In this document: in pieces, positions 9,216 through 17,933 of the stretch
Layout: every line of letters begins with the position of its first letter
Position numbering within the stretch: the stretch's first letter is position 1
Assembly: GCA_012959275.1 (NCBI GenBank)
Contig: DUDM01000042.1
Location: 17,018 to 81,017, forward strand
Direction: 5' to 3'
DNA from: Candidatus Poseidoniales archaeon
GTDB lineage: Archaea > Thermoplasmatota > Poseidoniia > Poseidoniales > Poseidoniaceae
DNA length: 64,000 nucleotides
Notes under the pieces: generated by a model
Told to the model about the DNA's origin: nothing
The model's input: the letters and a program-made list of their open reading frames with translations, nothing else
Database searches by the model: none
Translations under genes and position numbers: made by a program

Positions 9216-11978
9216 TTAAGCTTCTATACTTGTTAGAGAATCACCTTCAACCAAAACTGGTTTGGCCGCATTAACTTGGCGAGCCAAGAATGAAACTATG
9301 TCAAGAATCTCAAAGTCATGGCGTGGGTCGCCTTCAAACTTCAAGCATTCAAAGTGAGCTACGCATTTTGGACATGAGGTTAGCATGACTTCAGCACCAG
9401 TTGCCCTTACTTCCTCAAAGCGGTCAACTCGCAATGCTCTGCTGTTTTCATTGCAGGACATCATACTTGATACGCCACAACACATTGCATCTTCACCATG
9501 GTGTTCCATTTCGACTAGTTCAACTCCAGCAACAGATTGGATTAACTCTCTTGGCTCATCATAAACTCCCATTTGTCGGCCCATCCTACATGGGTCGTGG
9601 TAAGTGACCTTGAGGTCTTCTTCAACTTTAAGATCCATATCGAAGTTGTTTTGTTGTAGGAATTCAGTAGTATGCATGACCTTGATTCCTTCCAATTCAT
9701 AGTCGCGAGCAAAGGTTCGGAAACACTCTGCACATGAAGAGACAAGTGTCTCAATTCCACTTGCCTTGATTTTCTTTTGGTTGTAAGCCTTTAGTTTCTC
9801 AAATACTTCAGTCATTCCTTGCCATTTCTGGTCATGACCACAGCACTTTAGGAAGTCGCGGCCCAAGTAGGCAACATCGACATCCATACTCTCGAATAGA
9901 GTAAAGGCAGCAGTGGTGCTATCTCCAAGGTTCATCTCTCCTTGGTTAACATGTGAGAAAACCATCTCTTGATCGATATAGTCGACACAGCCAGGATAAT
10001 AGCCAATTTTGCTGTCAATTCCCAATTCTTCAACACTGATGAAGTCAGCATCGCTCTCTTCTTCTGCTTCTGCAGCGAGAACCGCTTGTAGCACTGTATG
10101 AGGTATTTCTGCCGCAGGTGGTCCTCCAACCACCAAGTTTCGGCGAATATCAACATAGGAGTCATAGTCAACTAATTGTGGACAAGCAGTGGTACAAGCA
10201 CCACAGGTTAAGCAAGAATACATTGGTACACCATCGTCTTCATTATTCCAAGTATTGTAGATAATGTTGAGTTTGTCTCCAGCATTGAATAATCGTACAG
10301 GACAAGCATCATCACAGAGGTCGCAGTCGTAGCACTTATTCATTTCAAACTCATATCCTTTTGCCATTCTTCGCAATAAGGCCCACACCAAACAGCCAAC
10401 TGCTAGTGGAGGGATGAATAGGGTGTAGGTTAATTTTGCATCCAGACTCTTTGGATTAACGTGGTATGATGGGTTGTCTATGGACTCGTAAGATTCGATT
10501 CCGCCCATGGCGATGATGCCACCAGTATCTGAGAGATTTACTGCCATGCCGCTTTCCTTGAACAATAGTAGAGGCTGGTAAGAAATTACTTTCCAAGAGG
10601 ATTCTAAACTAATATTACTAGGAATCCCAGCACTGTTTTGAGTATATGTTGCAGTGTAGGAACCTACTGCTAATTCGGTTGTCAGGCTATCACAGCCGGT
10701 AGTTTTGACAATTTCATTTGCGCTACTATCTGTAATCACTAAACTTGTAGTCACTAAACTTGTAGTTAGGACTCCGTCTACCTTGCGTTCACTGGCTCGA
10801 TATTCACAGGAGATGTCGGTTATTGCTGCAGTTAGCCAGGTATCGTCAATAGTAAATTGGACGCTATCAGTATGCTTGAATGTACCATTCTGGACTAAAC
10901 TACCCTCTGCACCGTTTACTCCTGCCCCTAAATCCACATGATTGTTAACTCCAGAAAAATCGATTATTGTTGCTTGAGTCGGTTGATATAGATTCCATTG
11001 TAGCCAATCTGCTGCGGGTATCATCAGGTCGTCATACTTTCCTTCAGTGAATTGGTTTGCCTCGTTAACCGATGTATCGAGCGGCTGGCTTCGCATCTTG
11101 TAGAGTTCATCATCGTCTTCCATTGCTCCAAGTCCACCGGCATCCCAGAACCCATTATCGTAAATCGGCCACGTCATGGCACTGAATAATACTGCAATAA
11201 CTGCCCCCCCTACTGCTATTTGTTTACCTAATTTTGGAGTTGTACGCAAGCCGATACTATTGACGAGGAACCATCTTACTCCAAAATAAATTACAAACCA
11301 GATGAATATTCCCGTCATCACCCATGGTATGGCATTGAATACATCAGCCATCCAAGGTTCCCTAACCCCGCAAACCAAATCTCCATGGCTGTCTAATTTA
11401 CAAAAATCAGCCCGATTCTTTCCGTATAACTCGAGGAAAATATTGATTGAAAAGACCGATATGAACCAAACGTGAGCCAAGTAAATCGCCCCTGCAGTAG
11501 CAAAGACTGGGTCTTCTACACCGCGCTTTTCTCTGCCTCCAAGGAAAGGAGGTAATGCTAGGATTCCTACTGGGATTCCAGTTAGGAATGAGCCCCACCA
11601 TGCAGCGGACCATGGGAATACTGGTTGGCCGAAGAAATCACCAATTGGTCCAAGTGGAACATCGAATTGGGGCAGGTATTCCCCCCAGCGGAGGTATCCA
11701 TAGGAGAATAAAACATACCAATCAGGGAATACGAAGCCTGCTTGTGCAAAAGCATCTGCAGCATCGTGAAGCGGGGGTGGAATAAGCCACGAATAGAATG
11801 ATAATACAGCAAGAATCGCTACGAATACGATGCTGTCCCGAAGTACTTCATGAGGCCAAAACCCATGCCCAGTCATTGTACGGATACGCTTCTCACCGAC
11901 ATCCTTCAACTTGGCTTTCTCAACCATGTAGGTATCAGCGACTCTGCCAAAATTCTCGATTAGTCCCATTGCATTCAA
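9216..11978 (-). CDS. Fusion protein: cytochrome b C-terminal (subunit IV-like) domain, large extracytoplasmic insert, then an HdrD/GlpC-like 2x[4Fe-4S] plus two CCG domains
   Basis: The N-terminus (FWPHEVLRDS..FPDWYVLFSYGYLRW) matches the PEWY region of cyt b/b6f subunit IV. Extra TM helices follow, then about 250 aa non-hydrophobic, then a TM (LFIPPLAVGCLVWALL). After that come CYDCDLCDDACP and CLTCGACTTACP, then the Cys-rich CCG-type blocks (KCCGHD, SSCAECF, HDPCRMG, MCCGVSS, TSCPKCV). Confidence 0.8.
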   Translation of the reverse strand: MNAMGLIENFGRVADTYMVEKAKLKDVGEKRIRTMTGHGFWPHEVLRDSIVFVAILAVLSFYSWLIPPPLHDAADAFAQAGFVFPDWYVLFSYGYLRWGEYLPQFDVPLGPIGDFFGQPVFPWSAAWWGSFLTGIPVGILALPPFLGGREKRGVEDPVFATAGAIYLAHVWFISVFSINIFLELYGKNRADFCKLDSHGDLVCGVREPWMADVFNAIPWVMTGIFIWFVIYFGVRWFLVNSIGLRTTPKLGKQIAVGGAVIAVLFSAMTWPIYDNGFWDAGGLGAMEDDDELYKMRSQPLDTSVNEANQFTEGKYDDLMIPAADWLQWNLYQPTQATIIDFSGVNNHVDLGAGVNGAEGSLVQNGTFKHTDSVQFTIDDTWLTAAITDISCEYRASERKVDGVLTTSLVTTSLVITDSSANEIVKTTGCDSLTTELAVGSYTATYTQNSAGIPSNISLESSWKVISYQPLLLFKESGMAVNLSDTGGIIAMGGIESYESIDNPSYHVNPKSLDAKLTYTLFIPPLAVGCLVWALLRRMAKGYEFEMNKCYDCDLCDDACPVRLFNAGDKLNIIYNTWNNEDDGVPMYSCLTCGACTTACPQLVDYDSYVDIRRNLVVGGPPAAEIPHTVLQAVLAAEAEEESDADFISVEELGIDSKIGYYPGCVDYIDQEMVFSHVNQGEMNLGDSTTAAFTLFESMDVDVAYLGRDFLKCCGHDQKWQGMTEVFEKLKAYNQKKIKASGIETLVSSCAECFRTFARDYELEGIKVMHTTEFLQQNNFDMDLKVEEDLKVTYHDPCRMGRQMGVYDEPRELIQSVAGVELVEMEHHGEDAMCCGVSSMMSCNENSRALRVDRFEEVRATGAEVMLTSCPKCVAHFECLKFEGDPRHDFEILDIVSFLARQVNAAKPVLVEGDSLTSIEA

Positions 11979-11985
11979 CCTCCTA

Positions 11986-12861
11986 TCAATGCGGCTCCGC
12001 GATTCCTTGGACCCAGACGATGAACATGTGAACGATAATCAATCCAGTCACGATAACAGGTAAGATGAAGACGTGGATGAAGTACATTCTCGTTACTGTT
12101 CCACCTTCCAGTTTAGTACTACCAAATAATAAGGTCGCGATATATTTCCCTACTAATGGCGATGAATTACTCATGTTAATTCCAATCGTCGCTGCTCCAA
12201 ATGCCAAGGCGTCCCACGGTAACAGGTAACCCGAATATCCAAAGACGATAACTAAGAACATTAGTGCTACCCCAATTAACCAGTTCAACTCCCTTGGGTT
12301 TCGGTATGCGCCAGTGAAGTATACTCTGCACATATGCAGGAATACTGCGGCTACCATGAAGTGAGTCGCCCAATGGTGAATCGAGCGAATGATGTATCCG
12401 AATGGTAATTCTAGCATAATGAACTGCATAGAAGAATAGGCTGGGCTTGGGTCACCATTTCCGCCTGGAACATAGTAGATACCCAACACAGTACCAGTCA
12501 GAATTAGGATGATGAAGGCAATGAACGAAATCCCACCAAGGCAGTAAAGTGGGTACCAATACCAAATAATACGCAATTTATACTTCTCAGCATGGGTCAT
12601 AGGCATTTGTCTGTGCATGTTGTAGTACGCATCTTTGGACATCGCCCAATAATCCTGAACTCTGAATCGAGTGTCCAACCAAGAAAATACCCAGAGGAAG
12701 GAACGTTCGGCAACTCCCATCTTGCCCGATGCCTCGACTGCTCTAAGGATGTCTCGGCGGGGCATCTCTTGGTTTTCCTTTCGCAAAGTAAAGGCTACAA
12801 GAACGGTGATGAAGGCTATGAAAGACCACAATACCCAGAATATCGTATTCATCAAAATCAC
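11986..12861 (-). CDS. Cytochrome b, N-terminal (b6-like) di-haem subunit
   Basis: IRSIHHWATHFMVAAVFLHMCRVYFTGAYRNPRELNWLIGV..GYLLPWD carries the conserved His ligands and the R/NW/PWD blocks of cytochrome b. Confidence 0.85.
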   Translation of the reverse strand: MILMNTIFWVLWSFIAFITVLVAFTLRKENQEMPRRDILRAVEASGKMGVAERSFLWVFSWLDTRFRVQDYWAMSKDAYYNMHRQMPMTHAEKYKLRIIWYWYPLYCLGGISFIAFIILILTGTVLGIYYVPGGNGDPSPAYSSMQFIMLELPFGYIIRSIHHWATHFMVAAVFLHMCRVYFTGAYRNPRELNWLIGVALMFLVIVFGYSGYLLPWDALAFGAATIGINMSNSSPLVGKYIATLLFGSTKLEGGTVTRMYFIHVFILPVIVTGLIIVHMFIVWVQGIAEPH

Positions 12862-12862
12862 C

Positions 12863-13663
12863 TCAATCGCAATATGTCAACCAGTTCACGGTTGACCCCC
12901 CATCAACTTCGAAGGCCAATCCCTCGATGATATCTCCAGTGACTGCCACTGGAATGATTGGTAACCCAACGGGAGCAGGCCCACCACTTCGACGGATTCC
13001 TGCATAATTGAAGACTGAACCATCGGCTCGGTTTCTGTTAGTGTTCATTTCCAACATGGTTGGATCGAATCTTGAGGAATGGCAGATGCAGAATAATTTG
13101 GTACCACCGCTATCGGTACCACCGGCTGACCAATGGTCTTCTGTGAATGTATTTTCGACCAATTGCCAGCCTGGGATGCAACATAAGTGAGTGCAGCGGG
13201 AGAAAATCATAACGATATCATCGCTAGGGAAAATCCTCTCATCCTTATCGATTAGGTCTTCGATATGGCCGACATATTTTCCGGTTGCATCATAGCCTTC
13301 GGTCAATTGGAACCGGGGTTTGTTATCGACTTTAGGTGTGCCTGAATTAATTGAGTGTGGGATGAAGTTAACTGTTACAGGTAAGCCCATCCAAACTCCT
13401 GATGCTCCAGAGGTATTGGTCTTTGACTTGGCAGCCTGTGCAACGAAATCACTCTTCTTCATTGTCTCTAAGTGTAGGGAACCATACCATGCACTGTCTT
13501 CTCTGCCTTTGGCCCAATATTTGACCGCTGAGTCACCGGCTGAAGAACCACCACCTGGCATCAGGATGGATGCAAAACCAAGAACACCAAGGCTAGCAGC
13601 GAGTACACCGGCTGCCGAGTTTAATCCATAGCGCATGAATTGGCGTCGGTTGAGCATGGTCAT
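12863..13663 (-). CDS. Rieske [2Fe-2S] protein with twin-arginine signal
   Basis: Tat motif MTMLNRRQFMRYG. Rieske boxes CTHLCC and CICHSSRFD. In-frame upstream starts at 13729 and 13762 are also possible. Confidence 0.85.
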   Translation of the reverse strand: MTMLNRRQFMRYGLNSAAGVLAASLGVLGFASILMPGGGSSAGDSAVKYWAKGREDSAWYGSLHLETMKKSDFVAQAAKSKTNTSGASGVWMGLPVTVNFIPHSINSGTPKVDNKPRFQLTEGYDATGKYVGHIEDLIDKDERIFPSDDIVMIFSRCTHLCCIPGWQLVENTFTEDHWSAGGTDSGGTKLFCICHSSRFDPTMLEMNTNRNRADGSVFNYAGIRRSGGPAPVGLPIIPVAVTGDIIEGLAFEVDGGSTVNWLTYCD

Positions 13664-13740
13664 TGACTCGCTACCTTCAGCCCCTGAATCGGGCCCGGGT
13701 GCTGGGCGGAGGTCGTATTCTCTTACCATGATTCTCAACC

Positions 13741-14187
13741 TCAGAGTTTGTATTCCACCCAATCTTTTGGATGCTCTCTAACATACTTAGGGCGCCTATG
13801 TTTGACGATAACCTTGTCAGGTAGAACCCACTTCATGTAAACAACGCCCATCATAATAATTGTAGTTAGAGTCATTGCAAAATGATAGGATAACTGTTGT
13901 TGGTCCCAATCCATGAATAATCCATAGAGCATGCTGGCAGTCCAGTAAAGAACCCAGAATAATCCCCACACAAAGAAGAAAATCACCAGTAGACTTCCGC
14001 CACTTGGGGCTAGGCTGGCATTGACAATTGTACCCGGTTCTGCTGGATTGAATACTCCATGGTCGACGGCTGCAAGGTATTGTGGCTCGGTCAACTCTGC
14101 ATCTTCAAGGGCTGCTCGTGCATCCTTGATGGAAACTTTGCCACTCGCAACCTCTTCCAATAAACGAGTGATTGTATCACTCATCAT
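13741..14187 (-). CDS. Hypothetical membrane protein of the Rieske/cyt b operon
   Basis: 148 aa with a soluble N-terminal helix region and 2-3 TM segments. 4-bp overlap with the upstream gene. Confidence 0.5.
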   Translation of the reverse strand: MMSDTITRLLEEVASGKVSIKDARAALEDAELTEPQYLAAVDHGVFNPAEPGTIVNASLAPSGGSLLVIFFFVWGLFWVLYWTASMLYGLFMDWDQQQLSYHFAMTLTTIIMMGVVYMKWVLPDKVIVKHRRPKYVREHPKDWVEYKL

Positions 14188-15023
14188 TGGTCACCTCTTC
14201 TATTGACGTGGTATCTTAAGCGGAGTAAGTTCGACCTTCCTTCGTAAGATGTTGAGAATCCATATCGAAGCATGAAGCCGCAGAAAACAATGACCAATAT
14301 GACAGATAGGAATCCGAGTAAACCTAACCAGTGAGCACGAAGAGGTGCCCCCATATCGTGCAAGGAGACTCCATGCTCTTCTGCAGCTGGTGGTTCAATG
14401 TTGCCATCGCCTACGAAAATTGTGCGAACCCGTTCATCGGCGCCTTCTCTGGTCTCTTCGGGCAGTGAGAACATCAGGTGGTTCCAATTATCGGCATCAC
14501 TTTGGGCGTTATCTCCATTAACTGAATTTGCGCTGATACGGAATATTACGATTCCATTTCCTGCTTCGGGTGCTGTCCATGAAATCATCCAAGCCATGTC
14601 GCTAGTTTGGGCTCCATCTGTAGTATGAGTCAATGTTTGGCTATCTCCTTCAACGGCTTCGTGAATATCTGCTTCTGAACCCGCACCTGCTGCAAGGCTG
14701 CCAAAATCAACTCGCATAGAGAAGCCACCTGTATTGTGGCCTTCTTTGGTTGGGCCGCCAATAATTTGCAGTTTCATTTCATAAGTTTGACTGGGGATGT
14801 AAGTGTATGGGACCTTGTCCATTAGCACGGTTACTGAGTTTGTCGGGCCATCTCCGTTATGGCAAAGACATCCTTGTTCTGCAACATCAGAAATTTCATC
14901 TCCGCTATTGTCTTGAGTGCCACCAATGCCGCCTGAAAAGCCTAGGCTGCTACCTGGAATCACAATCAAAACCGCCAGTAGAGTGGATATGGCGACCCTG
15001 TATCTGTTCGATAACGTGACCAT
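14184..15023 (-). CDS. Exported, C-terminally membrane-anchored protein with GCLCH motif (possible redox partner; function unknown)
   Basis: Signal/anchor MVTLSNRYRVAISTLLAVLIVIPGSS. The beta-rich domain contains EQGCLCHNGDG and WMISWTAPEAGNGIVIF. C-terminal TM LGLLGFLSVILVIVFCGF. First gene of the operon. The ORF stays open to 15116. Confidence 0.55.
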   Translation of the reverse strand: MVTLSNRYRVAISTLLAVLIVIPGSSLGFSGGIGGTQDNSGDEISDVAEQGCLCHNGDGPTNSVTVLMDKVPYTYIPSQTYEMKLQIIGGPTKEGHNTGGFSMRVDFGSLAAGAGSEADIHEAVEGDSQTLTHTTDGAQTSDMAWMISWTAPEAGNGIVIFRISANSVNGDNAQSDADNWNHLMFSLPEETREGADERVRTIFVGDGNIEPPAAEEHGVSLHDMGAPLRAHWLGLLGFLSVILVIVFCGFMLRYGFSTSYEGRSNLLRLRYHVNRRGDQ

Positions 15024-15194
15024 GGTCTCACCAGCAATCAAGTCGAGGCGCAATTGGCACATAAGTATTTGCGACCCTCCCGTAGGGAGGGGGCTTTGCA
15101 GTGAGGCGTTTCTCAATCAATCAAGATTGGATTATTGGATTCAAGAATGACATGCACACGAAAGACTGTTCAAGGTCCAGCACATGGGCATGTC

Positions 15195-15500
15195 ATGGCC
15201 GAACTTCCTTTCAAGAATACTTACGACCTCAGCCCAGAACAACTTCTTGCTTTGGATGAGGCAGAGGAGTTGATGGAGAGGCTTGACCTTGGGGCTGCAG
15301 AAACGGCGTTTCTTACAATGCTAGAAGAGGCTCCAGATTGCATTCCGGTGCTAAATAATCTCGGCCACTTATACGGAAAACTGCTCTCTGAGTTTGAGAA
15401 AGCCGTAGAATATTATGAGAAAGTTTTGCAACAAGAACCGGATAATGCGTGGGCCCGCGACCAAAGAAGGAGATACTTACGCTACTGCTCATATGATTAA
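15195..15500 (+). CDS. TPR-repeat protein
   Basis: LNNLGHLYGKLLSEFEKAVEYYEKVLQQEPDNAWA fits the tetratricopeptide consensus. ATG at 15195 is preferred over 15135. Confidence 0.6.
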   Translation: MAELPFKNTYDLSPEQLLALDEAEELMERLDLGAAETAFLTMLEEAPDCIPVLNNLGHLYGKLLSEFEKAVEYYEKVLQQEPDNAWARDQRRRYLRYCSYD

Positions 15501-15526
15501 GACCTGCTTTGCTCACAGACGCCTCG

Positions 15527-16441
15527 ATGAGGGCCGGTGGTGAAGCGGATATCCTGATTGCTGGAGTAGGCGGCCTCGGCTGTGCTTGGGCAATTCAAGC
15601 CCACAAAAAAGTCGCTGCGAATGTTGATTTATTGCTCATCGACCATCCCGAAGTCGACCGACAAGAAGTAAAGGCTCACCGACTTGACCTAGGAGTTGAT
15701 GAACATGATGCAGGTTGTGCTTCTTTATCCCAACTAGCACACCAAAGAATGAGAGCCCATGGGCCAAATACTGAGATTATCATGCAACCGATAGAATTGG
15801 TAATTTTAATGGCTGGCCTCGGTGGGGGCGCGGGTAGTGGAGCAGCACCAGAATTTGCTCGCCAAGCAAGAGCCCGTGGAGCACTCGTTCTTTCGATTGC
15901 AGCCCTTCCTTTTGAAAGCCAAATCGCCCGTATAGAAATTGCATCACAAGCACTGAAAGACCTCGAAGAATCTTCAGATGTTTGTGTGCGGTTGATGTTG
16001 GACCGCTTGGCTTGGCAGGCTAGAGAACGAGGTGCAGATTGGCGTAAAGGCGCCCATTGGATTGTGGAGTTGGTAGATGGCATCGTCCAAACGATCTGCC
16101 GAATGGGGCTGATTAACCTTGATTTAATGGATTTGAGAGCGGTCGTTGAACGTAAAGGGAAAGCCACGATGTTGGTTGCACAAGCCGCAGCTTCAGAACC
16201 CTTGGAAGTCTTTGCCAAGGCATTGAAGTCACCCTTGGACGATTTAGCAATCATTGGGGCTCGCTCATGTTTATTGCAAATCGAAGGTGGAAGAGGTATG
16301 ACTGTGGCCCAAGTCGAGGCAGTATCCAATGCTTTTACCCAAGGATTGCACCCAGACGCTCTTGTTATTTTGGGAGCCAGAATGAGTCCAGAATTAGAGG
16401 GGCAATTAAGGGCGGTTGCAGTAGTTTCAGGAATCAGTTGA
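15527..16441 (+). CDS. Divergent FtsZ/tubulin-superfamily GTPase without a C-terminal tail
   Basis: It appears collinear with FtsZ by eye. ILIAGVGGLG corresponds to GVGGGG, MAGLGGGAGSGAAP to the T4 signature GGGTGTG, LPFESQ to PFxFEG, and GLINLDLMDL to the T7 NLDFAD. It ends in AVAVVSGI. Confidence 0.75.
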   Translation: MRAGGEADILIAGVGGLGCAWAIQAHKKVAANVDLLLIDHPEVDRQEVKAHRLDLGVDEHDAGCASLSQLAHQRMRAHGPNTEIIMQPIELVILMAGLGGGAGSGAAPEFARQARARGALVLSIAALPFESQIARIEIASQALKDLEESSDVCVRLMLDRLAWQARERGADWRKGAHWIVELVDGIVQTICRMGLINLDLMDLRAVVERKGKATMLVAQAAASEPLEVFAKALKSPLDDLAIIGARSCLLQIEGGRGMTVAQVEAVSNAFTQGLHPDALVILGARMSPELEGQLRAVAVVSGIS

Positions 16442-17933
16442 GGATTTCTATTTCCTCATCATCATCCTCGTCAATAATTTCTATTTCCTCAGCATCTTCA
16501 AGCACTTCAATTTCCTCTTCCTCGTCACTCTCTTCAACAACTTCAATTTCCTCTTCTTCATCATCCTCATGAAGTGCCTCTTCTTCGACTAATATCTCCT
16601 CTTTTTCGACTTCTATTTCAACTTCGGTAATTTCTTCTTCAGGCTTTATTTCGTCTTCATCTTTTTTAATATCAGTAATAACTGACTCGGACTTCTGAGG
16701 GGCTGCCCAGGGCAATTGCATCAGGGTTTTACGATGTAAATGAAGTAGTGTCAAATAGGTTATTGCATGGCCAAACATCAAGACAGTTGCAACATCGCTG
16801 AGCATGATGGTAATCATGGTTATTGAACCTGCATAACCGAACCCGAAAACTAAGCCCCAGAAGAGGGCATTTTTCTCACTAAAATAGGGACTATCCACCT
16901 GTAAGGAGCGGCTAGATAATCCGTATATTGCTAATACAACAGTCAGTACCATTAAGGTCAATTCTTCGATTGTTGAGATTACTTCTGGCTCTCCAAATTC
17001 ACTGATTCTTCGCCAGATTGAAAGCAAGTGCCAAGCGGCGAATAATTGCATCATCAAACCGATACTAAAACTTGATTTTGCACCACCTTTGCTTTGCCCG
17101 GCAAATTCCCTGCTTGGTCGTGCCCAAACTAAGATTGAGATTTGTCCAGCCGCCAAAACCAAGAGGTATGCATATTGTTCTTTCAATACTTGAATGGGGG
17201 CGACATTTGAGGCTGCGGCAGCAGATTGAATAGCCCACATCATAGCAAATCCAGCAACCTGAACGATTGTCACCTGCATGAAGGAAGAAGAAATGAGATG
17301 AGGTTGCCTAACTCTTGAATCCACGAATGAAGGGCGGCCAATTAGCACTCCTTGGATTGTCATCCTGAACGAGATTGCTTGGCCCATCGACCAAGCGATG
17401 AATAAGAATGCCAGCGCCAAAGGTAAGCCGCCTGACCAAGATTCCAATGGCTTCCCTTGGCCAAATAATGCAAATAATCCAACTGAGACTATGGCTGTTA
17501 ACAACAAAGGAGGAATCCACACTTTGACCAATTGTTGGAATTGATGGATTAACCAAGCGCTCGCTCCTTTAGTTTCAGTTTCTTTGAAAGGAGTTGTGTT
17601 GACTAAATCGGTCCAGCGTTGTTTTCTTGCTGCCAATGCAATGATGACATAAGAAAAAGAAAATGAAATAAATGCAATTGCGATAGATTCGCTGTGCTGT
17701 GGCTTGATTTTTACGAGTTGGAATAAAGAAGTACTGACCAAAATCAATAGTAGAAGATGGGGGAATGTGCGTGGAGAGAGTAGAACTGCAATAATGCGAG
17801 CGAACCCCAAAACAGATGTTTCCACCTCTACTTCTTGGCTGCCCTCCAAATCGCCCACGTTATGGTTGGCGACGCAGTAGGCTATCAAGCATAGCCCTCC
17901 TCGGGGGGATGTGGCCGGTAAAAAGTTGAGCAA
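16434..17933 (-). CDS. Polytopic membrane protein with long Glu/Asp-rich C-terminal tail
   Basis: About 10 hydrophobic segments. The last roughly 90 aa are E/D/I/V repeats (EEEIEVVEESDEEEEIEVLEDAEEIEIIDEDDDEEIEIL). Only non-ATG starts are available (TTG 17933, GTG 17858). Confidence 0.6.
   Translation of the reverse strand: MLNFLPATSPRGGLCLIAYCVANHNVGDLEGSQEVEVETSVLGFARIIAVLLSPRTFPHLLLLILVSTSLFQLVKIKPQHSESIAIAFISFSFSYVIIALAARKQRWTDLVNTTPFKETETKGASAWLIHQFQQLVKVWIPPLLLTAIVSVGLFALFGQGKPLESWSGGLPLALAFLFIAWSMGQAISFRMTIQGVLIGRPSFVDSRVRQPHLISSSFMQVTIVQVAGFAMMWAIQSAAAASNVAPIQVLKEQYAYLLVLAAGQISILVWARPSREFAGQSKGGAKSSFSIGLMMQLFAAWHLLSIWRRISEFGEPEVISTIEELTLMVLTVVLAIYGLSSRSLQVDSPYFSEKNALFWGLVFGFGYAGSITMITIMLSDVATVLMFGHAITYLTLLHLHRKTLMQLPWAAPQKSESVITDIKKDEDEIKPEEEITEVEIEVEKEEILVEEEALHEDDEEEEIEVVEESDEEEEIEVLEDAEEIEIIDEDDDEEIEILN

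Noticed and set aside
14184-15023. c-type cytochrome (CxxCH) in the Rieske/cyt b operon
   Set aside because: The motif is GCLCH (CxCH), not CxxCH. No canonical haem-c attachment site occurs in any ORF of the operon.
16267-16572. Ser-rich 101-aa ORF on the + strand (..SSSSSSIISISSASSSTSISS..)
   Set aside because: It is the antisense reading of the Glu/Asp-rich tail of the minus-strand membrane protein gene. Low-complexity shadow ORF.
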